The translations under genes and the position numbers were made by a program. DNA of 64,000 bases from Vicinamibacterales bacterium. Its GTDB lineage: Bacteria; Acidobacteriota; Vicinamibacteria; Vicinamibacterales; JAMQPK01. Position 1 is the stretch's first letter. Each line of letters starts with the position of its first letter. Location: contig CAVTVT010000004.1 in the NCBI GenBank assembly GCA_963738315.1, positions 470,123 to 534,122 on the forward strand. Direction: 5' to 3'. The notes under the pieces were generated by a model. The model worked only from the letters and a program-made list of their open reading frames with translations, was not told the DNA's origin and did no database searches. This document shows positions 22,095 to 32,090 of this stretch, in pieces.

Positions 22095-23132
22095 CTACCA
22101 GCCGGCCGTGCCCAGCACCCGCTCGACCACCGAGTGAGAGAGCCGCCCCAGCCGGTTGGGCGGTTCGGCGCCATGCGAGTAGAAGGGCTGAGTCCGCTCC
22201 AGCCACGAATGAACCGTCCGCTCCAGCCACGAGCGGGGATCCCTGAGGCTCCTGGGAGGCGGCGATTTCTTGATCAGCTCGTGCATGGCCTCCCAGTCCT
22301 GATCCCAGATCGCCAGCTTCCTGAACTTACTGGTGCCGTGCGCGTCGAACAACTGCAGGATTTCCTCGTCCCAGCGGTAGAACGTCTGCGTGGGCACGCC
22401 GAGCAGGTCGATCGAGGGCCCGTAGCCGGAGACCCAGTCATCGGGCAACGGACGCACCAGCCGGTCCGGCACGCAGAAGTCGCGGTGGTACCAGCGATAG
22501 AGCTCGATCAGCCGTCCCTGCCAGCGATCCTTCAGGAATTCCCAGCACTGATACCACCGCACCTTGCTCTTGAACCGGCCGAAATCGATCGTCGAGAAGT
22601 GCATCACCTTGATCGCGCGCAGCGAGATGCTCGGCCGATCCGGCGGAATCGGGAGCCTGGGACTGTGGATCGCCCGGCCGGCGTGCTCGGCGCCGTCGTC
22701 CATGTACCCGAGCGGAAACTCCGTCGGGAACAGATAGTAGCTCTTCCGATCGGGGAGCACGCACGCCCACTGGAAATTGATCACGGTGCCCGGCACGGCG
22801 CCGAGGATCAGCTCCCACTCCACGCTCGTAAGGGCGGTGGCCGTGAGAAACTCGTCGGCGTCCAGGGCGATGAGCAGCTTCTGGCCGGGGATCCGCCTCG
22901 CCGCCTCGATCAGCAGCTTCTGCCGTTCCGGCTCGTTGAACTCCTGCGCGCTGTTCTCGATGAGCCGAACCTTCGGGAAGCGGGACGCAATCTCCCTGGA
23001 GCCGTCGTCCGATCCCTGATCGGCCACGACAATGTGATCTGCCCACGCACTGGCGCACGTCAGGAAGCGATCCAGGATCCACGCCTCGTTCTTCACGGGC
23101 GTGAGACAGACGACCTGAGGCCTCGGCGTCAT
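22095..23132 (-). CDS. Glycosyltransferase, GT2 family
   Basis: TPVKNEA, DQGSDDGS, ALDADEF (DxD). Confidence 0.85.
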   Translation of the reverse strand: MTPRPQVVCLTPVKNEAWILDRFLTCASAWADHIVVADQGSDDGSREIASRFPKVRLIENSAQEFNEPERQKLLIEAARRIPGQKLLIALDADEFLTATALTSVEWELILGAVPGTVINFQWACVLPDRKSYYLFPTEFPLGYMDDGAEHAGRAIHSPRLPIPPDRPSISLRAIKVMHFSTIDFGRFKSKVRWYQCWEFLKDRWQGRLIELYRWYHRDFCVPDRLVRPLPDDWVSGYGPSIDLLGVPTQTFYRWDEEILQLFDAHGTSKFRKLAIWDQDWEAMHELIKKSPPPRSLRDPRSWLERTVHSWLERTQPFYSHGAEPPNRLGRLSHSVVERVLGTAGW

Positions 23133-23154
23133 GGGCGGCTCGGGTCGCTGCGCG

Positions 23155-26100
23155 CTATGGTCCGGCGATGGCATCCCGCCACAGCTCCGCCATGTGCTGG
23201 TACCCCGTCTCCGTGAAGATGATGCCGTCGCTGTAGGTACTCGTTGGTGTGGGCCATGAAGTACGTCCGGAAGTCCGGCGGCGGCACGGTGATCCCGTTG
23301 CTGCTGTCGTTGTACAGCTCGACGATCACCTGGTTGTACTGCTGGATGCGAACGTCGGTCGCACCGCCGAACGGCATCGTTCCGGGGAGCTGCGCAAGCA
23401 CGGCGGACCGGCCGGCGGCCTTCAGCAGGTTGATCATCTGCTGGAGGATGTCCTTGTAGCTGTTGGCGTATCCGGGATCGCCGGGGTGCAGCCCGAGGCC
23501 GCTGGGCCGGTTGGTACTGGCAGGAAGTCGTTGTGCCCGTAGAGAATCAGGAAGCCCTTGGCCGTCGGGTATTTCTGCAGCAGCCCGGGAAGCTCCGCCA
23601 GGCCGTCGGGTGAAGCGGTCCCCTGCAGTCCTTCGTTGATGACCGCCGCCGGATATCCCAGCCGCGCGGTCAGCAGGTTCGAGAGGATGGCGGGATATCC
23701 CGCGTTCCTGGTCGTCCGGCCGTCGAGGGAATTGTCGTTGGTGGGATCGGCGTCGCCGCCTCCCTCGGTCATGCCGTCGCCGATCGCCACGTACAGGTCT
23801 CCAATCCCCGCCGGCGCCGCCTTGTCATAGGCCGCGGCACCGGTGACGAGATTGTGGTTCTGGTCGATGACGAAGGCCTCGACGACGTGCTCGGCTCGAG
23901 TGAGCGGCCCGGCCGTCACGCCGTACGGCGGGTTGTAGATGTCCATCTGCGTATTTCCGTCGACGCTCAGCCTGATGCCCTGCCCGGCGCCGGCATTGAT
24001 GCAGGCATCGGCGACGACCTGAAGCGTCTGCGACGACTGCAGGTAGAGCGATGTGGGCTGGGCCAGCCTGACCGACGGCACGACGCACTGCTGTTCGAGC
24101 ACGCCGAGCTCGGCCATCGACGCGAACGGCAGTCCGCTCACCTCCGAGATCGCCTGGAGCCTGACATAACGCCCGGTCTTCGCGGCGAAATCCACCTCCT
24201 GCTCGGCGGCGGTGTTCTGCAGCGTACCGCTCGCCGCCGCGTTGCCCCAGGTCACGCCGTCGGTGCTGACATAGAAGTTGTACTGGCTGATCCGGCCGTT
24301 CGGCCTGCCATCCTGGCGCGGGAGATAGCGGAACCCCGTGATCGCGTGCGAGGCGCCGAGATCGATCTGGATCTCGTGCGGCATCCCCGGCTGCGCGTTG
24401 AACCACTGCGTGTGCCAGAAGGTGCTCGGATTGCCGTCGAACGCGTTGGTCGCCGGCGCTGACTCGCCGACCGTTTCCTCGCTGTCGACGTACCTCAGCG
24501 TCCAGCCCGCCTTCGAGATCACGCCGTTGCCGGCGACGGTCACCGTACGGATCGCCGTCCCCACAGCCCCGAGCGCATCCGCCACGGTGAACGTCACCGT
24601 GTAGACGCCGGGAACCGTGAAGTGCACGAGCCCGGCATCCGCGCTCGAGCTGTCGATCACGCCCGACAGGGACGAGACGCTCCACCGGTAGGTGAGCGGC
24701 AGGTTGCCATCGGGGTCGTTGCCGCTCCCCGACAGCCTGATGCCCGCCCCCAGCGAAATGGTCACGTTCTGGGATGGCTGCGAAATGGTGGCCGTCGGCG
24801 CCTGATTCGCAACCGTGGCGGCCTTGAACACGCTCAATTCCGCCACGGCCGCCCAGTAGTTGCCTTCCGTCTCGGAGAAGATCCGCAGGCGCACGTAGCG
24901 CCCCGACTTCGGCGCGAAGAGCACGTCACGCGCTGCGCTGCTGTTGGTGTCGGCGAACGCCCCGGCCGCCACCGGATTTCCCCAGGTGTTGCCGTCGGTG
25001 CTGACGTAGAACTCATACGCCTGGATGCGGCCCGATTGGGACGTCTGGCGCGGCAGGTACCGGAACCCGTTCACGCTGTACCAGGAACCGAGATCGAGTT
25101 GAATCTCGTGAGGAGGATACTGTTCGTCGAGCCACGGCGCCCATTCCGTGCGCCAGATGGTGTTCGGATTTCCGTCGTAGGCCTGAACCGCATAGCCGTT
25201 CTCGTAGTGATCCTCGCTGCTCACGAAGCGGAGCGAGTAGTTCGACTGGGGGATCAGCTGCAAGCCCGAGGATCCGCTCTGCACGGTGATGGTGCGCGTG
25301 GCCGGCGTCGGATCCGCCGTCCCCAGACTATCGGTCACCGTGAAGTTGACGACGTACGTCCCCGCATTCGGGAAGGTCACCGGGCCCGGGTTCTGGCTCG
25401 TCGAGGTGGCCGGCCCGCCCGTGCCGAACGTCCACCGGTAGGTCAGCGGCGTGTTCCCGTCCGGATCCGTCCCCGACCCGCTGAAGGTCACCGACCCGCC
25501 CGGCGCAATCGTCACGTCGCTGGTCGGCTGCAGAATCGTGCTGTCGGGCGGCTGGTTCCCCGACCCGAGCACGTTCAGCTCCGCCACCGTCGTGAAGTAC
25601 CGCCCAGCACCTCCGTCAGCGCCCGCAGCCGCACGTACCGCCCCGTCTTCGCCGTGAACAGCACCTGCTGCTCCGTCGCCGTGTTCGGCCACGTGCCGGT
25701 CGCCACCGCCGGGCCCCAGGTCGTCCCGTCCGTGCTGACGTAGAACTGGTACTGCGCGATCCGGCCGTTGTCCATCCCCTGCCGCGGCAGGTAGCGGAAC
25801 CCGCTCACGCTGTACGTGCTCCCCAGGTCGATCTGCAGCTCGTGCGGCATCCCCGGTTGCGCGTTGAACCACTGCGTGTGCCAGAACGTGCTCGCATTTC
25901 CGTCGAACGCGTTGGTCGCCGGCGCCGACTCGCCCACCGTCTCCTGGCTGTCCACGTACCGCACCGTCCAGCCCGTCTGCGGGATGACCCCCGACGACAC
26001 GCTCTGGACGATCACCGTGCGGGTGGCCGGCGTCGGATCCGGCGCTCCCAGGCTGTCGGTGACCGTGAAGTTGACGACGTACGTCCCCGCATTCGGGAAG

Positions 26101-27813
26101 GTCACCGGGCCCGGGTTCTGGCTCGTCGAGGTGGCCGGCCCGCCCGCGCCGAACGTCCACCGGTAGGTCAGCGGCGTGTTCCCGTCCGGATCCGTCCCCG
26201 ACCCGCTGAAGGTCACCGACCCGCCCGGCGCAATCGTCACGTCGCTGGTCGGCTGCAGAATCGTGCCGTTCGGCGGCTGATTCGATATGCTCTGCACCGT
26301 CACCGTGCGGGTGGCCGGCGTCGGATCCGCCACTCCCAGGCTGTCGGTCACGGTGAAGGTGACGAGATAGGTCCCCGCATTCGGGAAGGTCACCGGGCCC
26401 GGGTTCTGGCTCGTCGAGGTGGCCGGCCCGCCCGTGCCGAACGTCCACCGGTAGGTCAGCGGGGTGTTCCCGTCCGGATCCGTCCCCGATCCGTTGAAGG
26501 TCACCGATCCGCCCGGCGCAATCGTCACGTCGCTGGTCGGCTGCAGAATCGTGCTGTCGGGCGGCTGGTTCCCCGACCCCAGCACGTTCAGCTCCGCCAC
26601 CGTCGTGAAGTACCGTCCCAGCACCTCCGTCAGCGCCCGCAGCCGCACGTAGCGGCCCGTCTTCGACGTGAACAGCACCTGCTGCTCCGCCGAGGTGTTC
26701 GGCCACGTGCCGGTCGCCACCGCCGGTCCCCAGGTCGTCCCGTCCGTGCTCACGTAGAACTCGTACTGCGCGATCCGGCCGTTGTCCACGCCCTGCCGCG
26801 GCAGGTAGCGGAACCCGCTCACGCTGTACGTGCTCCCCAGGTCGATCTGCAGCTCGTGCGGCATCCCCGGCTGCGCGTTGAGCCACTGCGTGTGCCAGAA
26901 CGTGCTCGTATTCCCGTCGAACGCGTTGGTCGCCGGCGCCGACTCGCCCACCGTCTCCTGGCTGTCCACGTACCGCACCGTCCACCCCGCCTGCGGGATG
27001 ACGCCCGACGAGGCGCTCTGGACGATCACCGTGCGGGTGGCCGGCGTCGGATCCGCCGCTCCCAGACTGTCGGTCACCGTGAAGTTGACGACGTACGTGC
27101 CCGCATTCGGGAAGGTCACCACGCCCGGGTTCTGGTTCGTCGAGGTGGCCGGCCCGCCCGTGCCGAACGTCCACTGGTAGGTCAGCGGCGTATTGCCGTC
27201 GGGATCCGTCCCCGATCCGCTGAAGGTCACCGACCCGCCCGGCGCAATCGTCACGTCGCTGGTCGGCTGCAGGATCGTCCCGTTCGGCGGCTGGTTCCCC
27301 GACCCGAGCACGTTCAGCTCCGCCACCGTCGTGAAGGTACCGTCCCAGCACCTCCGTCAGCGCCCGCAGCCGCACGTACCGCCCCGTCTTCGCCGTGAAC
27401 AGCACCTGCTGCTCCGTCGCCGTGTTCGGCCACGTGCCGGTCGCCACCGCCGGGCCCCAGGCCGTCCCGTCCGTGCTGACGTAGAACTGGTACTGCGCGA
27501 TCCGGCCGTTGTCCAGTCCTTGCCGCGGCAGGTAGCGGAACCCGCTCACGCTGTACGTGCTCCCCAGGTCGATCTGCAGCTCGTGCGGCATCCCCGGCTG
27601 CGCGTTGAGCCACTGCGTGTGCCAGAACGTGCTCGCATTTCCGTCGAACGCGTTGGTCGCCGGCGCCGACTCGCCCACCGTCTCCTGGCTGTCCACGTAC
27701 CGCACCGTCCACCCCGCCTGGGGGATGACGGACTGCGCCGAGGCGACGCTCGCGCTGACTGCCAGCAGGAGGCCGCAGACAACCCCCCGGAACACCAGGA
27801 GAGTGCGTGTCAT
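23155..27813 (-). CDS. Large secreted protein: 5 F5/8 type C (discoidin) domains, 5 PKD domains, Ig-like domain, C-terminal SGNH-fold domain (several frameshifts)
   Basis: Signal peptide ending ASA; repeats of AFDGNxxTFWHT..QIDLG..RYVRLRAL and DPDG..LTYxWTFG..GTYVVNFTVTD; frames rejoin near 27335, 25600, 23490 and 23235. Confidence 0.85.
25275..27730. repeat. Near-identical intragenic tandem repeats (726-nt F5/8C+PKD unit x3 plus one extra 288-nt PKD)
   Basis: Unit starts (VIPQ) at about 27729, 27002 and 25988; long stretches of identical DNA. Confidence 0.9.
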
Positions 27814-28926
27814 ATTCGTGTCTCTCTCAAGAAGCGCTGTTGCCGAATCTCAGACAGGGAGGAACGTGGCTCGCGCGCGGGCTTCGACGAGTCTCCTCGA
27901 AGCGCGCCGGCCCTGAACGAATCGTGCAGGCGCGAGAGCACCTCGGTCATCCGCCGGTGCCCGCGCTGATTCCAGTGGATGCCCTCGCGCCGCTTGGTAC
28001 TCGGCCCGCGAGAGGTGCGCCTTGGCCGCCAGCATCGCCACCTCGTGCCTGCGGCAGCAGTCGGCAATCCGCCGGTCGGGCAGATCGGGGTCACAGGTCT
28101 CCCGGCTGCCGCTGAGGCCGGCGAGCTCGGCCACCCCGGCCGCGGTGAGCTGCATGGGATGGGGGATCGTGACCACGACGAGCTCCGCGCCGGCCCGCAG
28201 GCAGGCCGCTTTCGCCCGCGCGATGAGGTAGTCGCAGGCGGAATACGCCCGGTCGGCGAGCGGCCCCGGGACGCAGAAGCGCGGAAACAACCGGCGCACG
28301 TCGGAGTTCGAGGTGCGCCATCTCTCGGTCCGGAGGTGGTGATTCACAATCCCCCACGCGCCCTCGCGCGCGTCGTACCTGAGGAACGGCGCACGATATC
28401 TCCGCATCTCGGGTGCGAGGTTGTCCTGCAGGTCGTTCTCGAGATACACGAACCAGACCACCAGCTTGCCGGCGAGCCTGGAGGCGAGCTGCTCCATCAG
28501 GAGCACGCCGTGCACCATGCTGTAGCCGGGCGCCCCGATCGCCTTGACCTTCAGGCGCGGATCGAGGTCCGCGAACGACCTGCCGGCATCGATGCCGTAC
28601 CCCGCCGCGAACGAGTCGCCCACGACGACGACCTCGCTTTCGGCAATCGACGCGCGCCCCGCCCACCCTTCCCCATCCGTCACCATCCGGAACACATCGT
28701 CGTGCTCGGCGAGATAGCAGGTGTCGAGGTTCGGACGCATCCGCCAGCCGAGGACGCTGTCGAAGGCGACGAGCTCGCTCCAGTCGACGAAGGATCGGTC
28801 GAACAGGCGCCGCACCAGGCGGACGGCGGAGACGAAGGCGAGCTGCGCCGCCAGGATCAGATACACGGGCAGCAGCAGGACCAGCCCCACGAGAGCCGCG
28901 AGGAACACGAGAATCGAACGGAGCAT
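27810..28926 (-). CDS. Membrane-anchored SGNH/GDSL hydrolase-like protein (frameshift near 27995)
   Basis: N-terminal TM helix, VVGDSFAAG, ENDL, EGIHWNQRGH. Confidence 0.72.
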
Positions 28927-28937
28927 CGGCACGTGGA

Positions 28938-29468
28938 TCAGTACAAGGTGTAGGTGGCCGCCGGCGGAGAATCGTCCTCCGGCTCCTCTTCGAGGAAGAA
29001 CAGCAGCAAGATCAGCGGAAGCAGAAGCAATGCCCACGGCTTCCCCGTTGTTCGAGCCCACGAGTATAGATCGTGGGACTCCCCACCAGTAGAGGACGTG
29101 CGCGCCGCCCAGCGTGACGCCGCGGCAGGCGGCAGAGCCGGATCGAGCCGCGATCCCGGGCCGGCCGCCAGGGCGAGGAGCCCGTAGCCCACCCGCAAGC
29201 TGTATCTCCTGAGCGCACAGGCAGATAGACTGGATGCGGCATTCCAGACCGCGACGCCGTCCTCGAACCAGGGTCTCCAGAACAGCCCCGGGGCGAGCAG
29301 CGCGGCCCCCGCGGCGACGCCCCATCCCCACCATGAGCGGCCCCCGAATCGATGCGCCGCGACCGCCGCGAGCGCCGCCGCGGCGAGGGCCGTGACGGCC
29401 CAGAACGCCGCCACCTCGGCACGGCGGAGCGACAGGGTCAGCGACGGTCGCCGATCAATCAAGGGCAC
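28938..29468 (-). CDS. SxtJ-like membrane protein with SxtK/DUF5989-like C-terminus
   Basis: Hydrophobic helices directly after a carbamoyltransferase; ends KPWALLLLPL..ATYTLY. Confidence 0.55.
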   Translation of the reverse strand: MPLIDRRPSLTLSLRRAEVAAFWAVTALAAAALAAVAAHRFGGRSWWGWGVAAGAALLAPGLFWRPWFEDGVAVWNAASSLSACALRRYSLRVGYGLLALAAGPGSRLDPALPPAAASRWAARTSSTGGESHDLYSWARTTGKPWALLLLPLILLLFFLEEEPEDDSPPAATYTLY

Positions 29469-31305
29469 TGGAGTACTTCTCCCGGTAGCGATCCACGTCG
29501 GGCATGAGGCTGAACGCCTGCGCGTCCTTGACGAGGAGATGGTTTTCCAGCACGAGGCAATCCATGTCGGTGGCCATGAAGCAGCGGTACGCGTCTTCTG
29601 GCGTGCAGACGATCGGTTCTCCGCGGATGTTGAAGCTCGTATTGACGATGATCGGACAGCCGGTCAGCCGATGAAACTGCTTCATGAGCCGGTAGTACCG
29701 CCCGTGGCGTTCGGCATCCACCGTCTGCACCCGCGCCGAGTAGTCGACGTGGGTGATCGTGGGCACCGCCGACCGCGGGACCGAGAGGCGCACTCTCAGG
29801 TCGGGATCCTCCATCTTCCGGCGATCCGCATCGCTCAGCGGCGTCCGCCAGCGCTCCCGGACGGGCGCCACGAGCAGCATGTAGGGGCTGTCCTCCATGG
29901 GCCGCATTTCGAAGTACTCGTCCACGTGCTCGCGCAGGACGCAGGGGGCGAACGGGCGGAACGATTCGCGGAATTTGATCTTCACGTTCATCTTCTGCTG
30001 CATGCGCGGCGACCGGGGGTCGCCGATGATGCTGCGGCAGCCGAGCGCGCGCGGCCCGAACTCCATCCGTCCCTGGAACCAGCCGATCACCTTCTCGGCG
30101 GCCATCAGCCCGGCGACCCTCTCGAGCAGCGGTGCCTCGTCGTCGAACCGCTCGTAGCTCGCCCCCATGCTGTCGAGGAAGAGGCCGATTTCATCGTCGG
30201 GGAACGAGGGTCCCAGCAGGGACCCCTTCTGCGCGTCCGGCCGCTGGGCCCGGCGCGGCTCGTTCAAATGGTGATGCCAGACGAGCAGGGCCGCGCCGAG
30301 CGCTCCGCCCGCGTCGCCGGCGGCCGGCTGGATCCAAATCTGCTCGAACGGCCCTTCGCGGAGCAGCCGGCCGTTGGCCACGCAGTTCAGGGCCACCCCG
30401 CCCGCCATGACGAGGTTCGGCGCCCCGGTCAGGGCATGGGCATGGCGTCCGGCCCGCAGCATCACGTCCTCGCAGACGGCCTGGACCGATGCCGCCAGGT
30501 CCATCTCCTTCTGGGTGATCAGCCCCTCGGGCGATCGCGGCGGACCGCCGAACAGATCGTGGAACCTGGCGGAGGTCATCGTCAGGCCGCGGCCGTATTC
30601 GAAGTACGACATGTCGAGCCAGAGCGAGCCATCCTCCATGACGCGGACCAGCCGCTCGCGGATGAGGTCGGCAAAGCGGGGCTTCCCGTACGGGGCGAGC
30701 CCCATGAGCTTGTACTCGCCCGAGTTGACGCGAAACCCGGTGTAGTAGGTGAAGGCCGAGTAGAGCATCCCGAGCGAGTGGGGAAACCGCTGCTCCCGGG
30801 TGAGCGACACCCGGTTGCCGCGGCCGGCTCCGATGGCGCTCGTGCTCCACTCGCCCACCGCGTCGAGCGTGAGCATGGCGGCCTCGTCGAAGGGCGAGGG
30901 AAAGAAGGCGCTCGCGGCGTGCGACTCGTGGTGCCCCATGAAATGCAGCTCGCCGCGGAACCCCGACAGCCGGTCGCGGAGGACGTCGGGGAGATGGAGC
31001 TTGAGCTGCGCCCACACCGGCATCGCTTCCTCGAACAGCGCGAAGCCGCGCGGCGCGAAGCCGCGGAACGTCTCCACGAGGCGATCGAACTTCACGAGGG
31101 GCTGCTCGTAGAAGGCCGCGAAGTCGACGTCGCCCGCGCCGAGGCCCGCTTCCCGCAGGCAGTACGCCACCGCGTTCACGGGAAACCGCGCGTCGTGCTT
31201 GACCCTCGAGAACCGCTCCTCCTGCGCGGCGGCCACGATCTCGCCGTCGCACACCAGCGCCGCCGCCGAATCGTGGTAGAACGCCGAGATCCCGAGGATG
31301 TTCAT
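29455..31305 (-). CDS. O-carbamoyltransferase (NodU/CmcH family)
   Basis: ILGISAFYHDSAA, AQEERFSR, HHESHAAS, GEYKLMGLA, GRMEFGPRALG, NTSFN. Confidence 0.95.
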   Translation of the reverse strand: MNILGISAFYHDSAAALVCDGEIVAAAQEERFSRVKHDARFPVNAVAYCLREAGLGAGDVDFAAFYEQPLVKFDRLVETFRGFAPRGFALFEEAMPVWAQLKLHLPDVLRDRLSGFRGELHFMGHHESHAASAFFPSPFDEAAMLTLDAVGEWSTSAIGAGRGNRVSLTREQRFPHSLGMLYSAFTYYTGFRVNSGEYKLMGLAPYGKPRFADLIRERLVRVMEDGSLWLDMSYFEYGRGLTMTSARFHDLFGGPPRSPEGLITQKEMDLAASVQAVCEDVMLRAGRHAHALTGAPNLVMAGGVALNCVANGRLLREGPFEQIWIQPAAGDAGGALGAALLVWHHHLNEPRRAQRPDAQKGSLLGPSFPDDEIGLFLDSMGASYERFDDEAPLLERVAGLMAAEKVIGWFQGRMEFGPRALGCRSIIGDPRSPRMQQKMNVKIKFRESFRPFAPCVLREHVDEYFEMRPMEDSPYMLLVAPVRERWRTPLSDADRRKMEDPDLRVRLSVPRSAVPTITHVDYSARVQTVDAERHGRYYRLMKQFHRLTGCPIIVNTSFNIRGEPIVCTPEDAYRCFMATDMDCLVLENHLLVKDAQAFSLMPDVDRYREKYSSALD

Positions 31306-32090
31306 GCGCGCGGCGCCTGGTAGGTGACGACTCGAGCCGGATCCTTCGACGCGGCTCTGTTGTAATGTCTCGAAATCCTGATCAGATCGAACGGCACGGC
31401 GGCCATGTGCGAGAGCCCGAGCTTCGATCCCCCCACTTCGGCCCAGCGTGCGAGGGGCGCTTCCATCACCGCGTCGAGCACCCGGGTCTCACCGAGGTGG
31501 TTGCGCAGCCTCGCCAGGATCTCGACGTCGAACAACCATCTGGTGAGGAACGGCTCGCCGAACAGCACGCCGGCGAGATCGGCGCGCATCACCTTCGCGC
31601 CGCATTGCGAGTCGTAGACGGGGAGCCGCAGCAGCAGGCTGGCCCAGGTCGCGAATATCCGTCCGACGTAGTGCCGCGGCGCACGGCGCGCGATGGCGGC
31701 GCCCATCCGCCGGACGCGCGAGCCCATCACCATCCCGCACTCAGGATGGGCCGCGAGCATCTCGAGCATCCGATCCAGCTCGCCCAGGGGCGTCGAGAGG
31801 TCGGCATCCCAGTACCCGACGAACGCGAACCGTCCCGAGGCCGCGCTGTCGAGCACACCCCGGCGGACCGCTTCGGCCTTGCCGCTGTTCTTCCCGAGCC
31901 GGAGCACGGCGATCGCCCGCGGCGCCTGCTGCTGCAGCGCCTCGAGCTTCGCCGCCGTGGCGTCCGAGCTGCCGTCGTCGACCAGGCACAGGGACGCGTG
32001 CCCGTGGCCGGCCACGTACTCGAGGATCGCCCGGCTGTCGAGCCGGTGCTCCTCGTTGTAGCAGGGGATTACGATGCAGATTTCGTCCAT
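31302..32090 (-). CDS. GT2 polyprenol-phosphate glycosyltransferase (DPG/DPM synthase-like)
   Basis: IPCYNEE, VDDGSSD, GKAEAVR, YWDADLSTP, DSQCGAK, FDVEIL. Confidence 0.87.
   Translation of the reverse strand: MDEICIVIPCYNEEHRLDSRAILEYVAGHGHASLCLVDDGSSDATAAKLEALQQQAPRAIAVLRLGKNSGKAEAVRRGVLDSAASGRFAFVGYWDADLSTPLGELDRMLEMLAAHPECGMVMGSRVRRMGAAIARRAPRHYVGRIFATWASLLLRLPVYDSQCGAKVMRADLAGVLFGEPFLTRWLFDVEILARLRNHLGETRVLDAVMEAPLARWAEVGGSKLGLSHMAAVPFDLIRISRHYNRAASKDPARVVTYQAPRA

Noticed and set aside
25595-27345. Frameshifts at the same position in repeat units 1 and 3 as a phase-variation switch
   Set aside because: One is +1 and the other -1, there is no slippery tract, and unit 2 is intact; likely a consensus artefact.
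25275-27730. CRISPR array or mobile repeat
   Set aside because: Units are 288-726 nt, code for protein domains in frame and have no spacers.
27810-31305. Saxitoxin biosynthesis
   Set aside because: Only the generic sxtI/J/K-like carbamoylation module is present; no sxtA, sxtG or sxtB.
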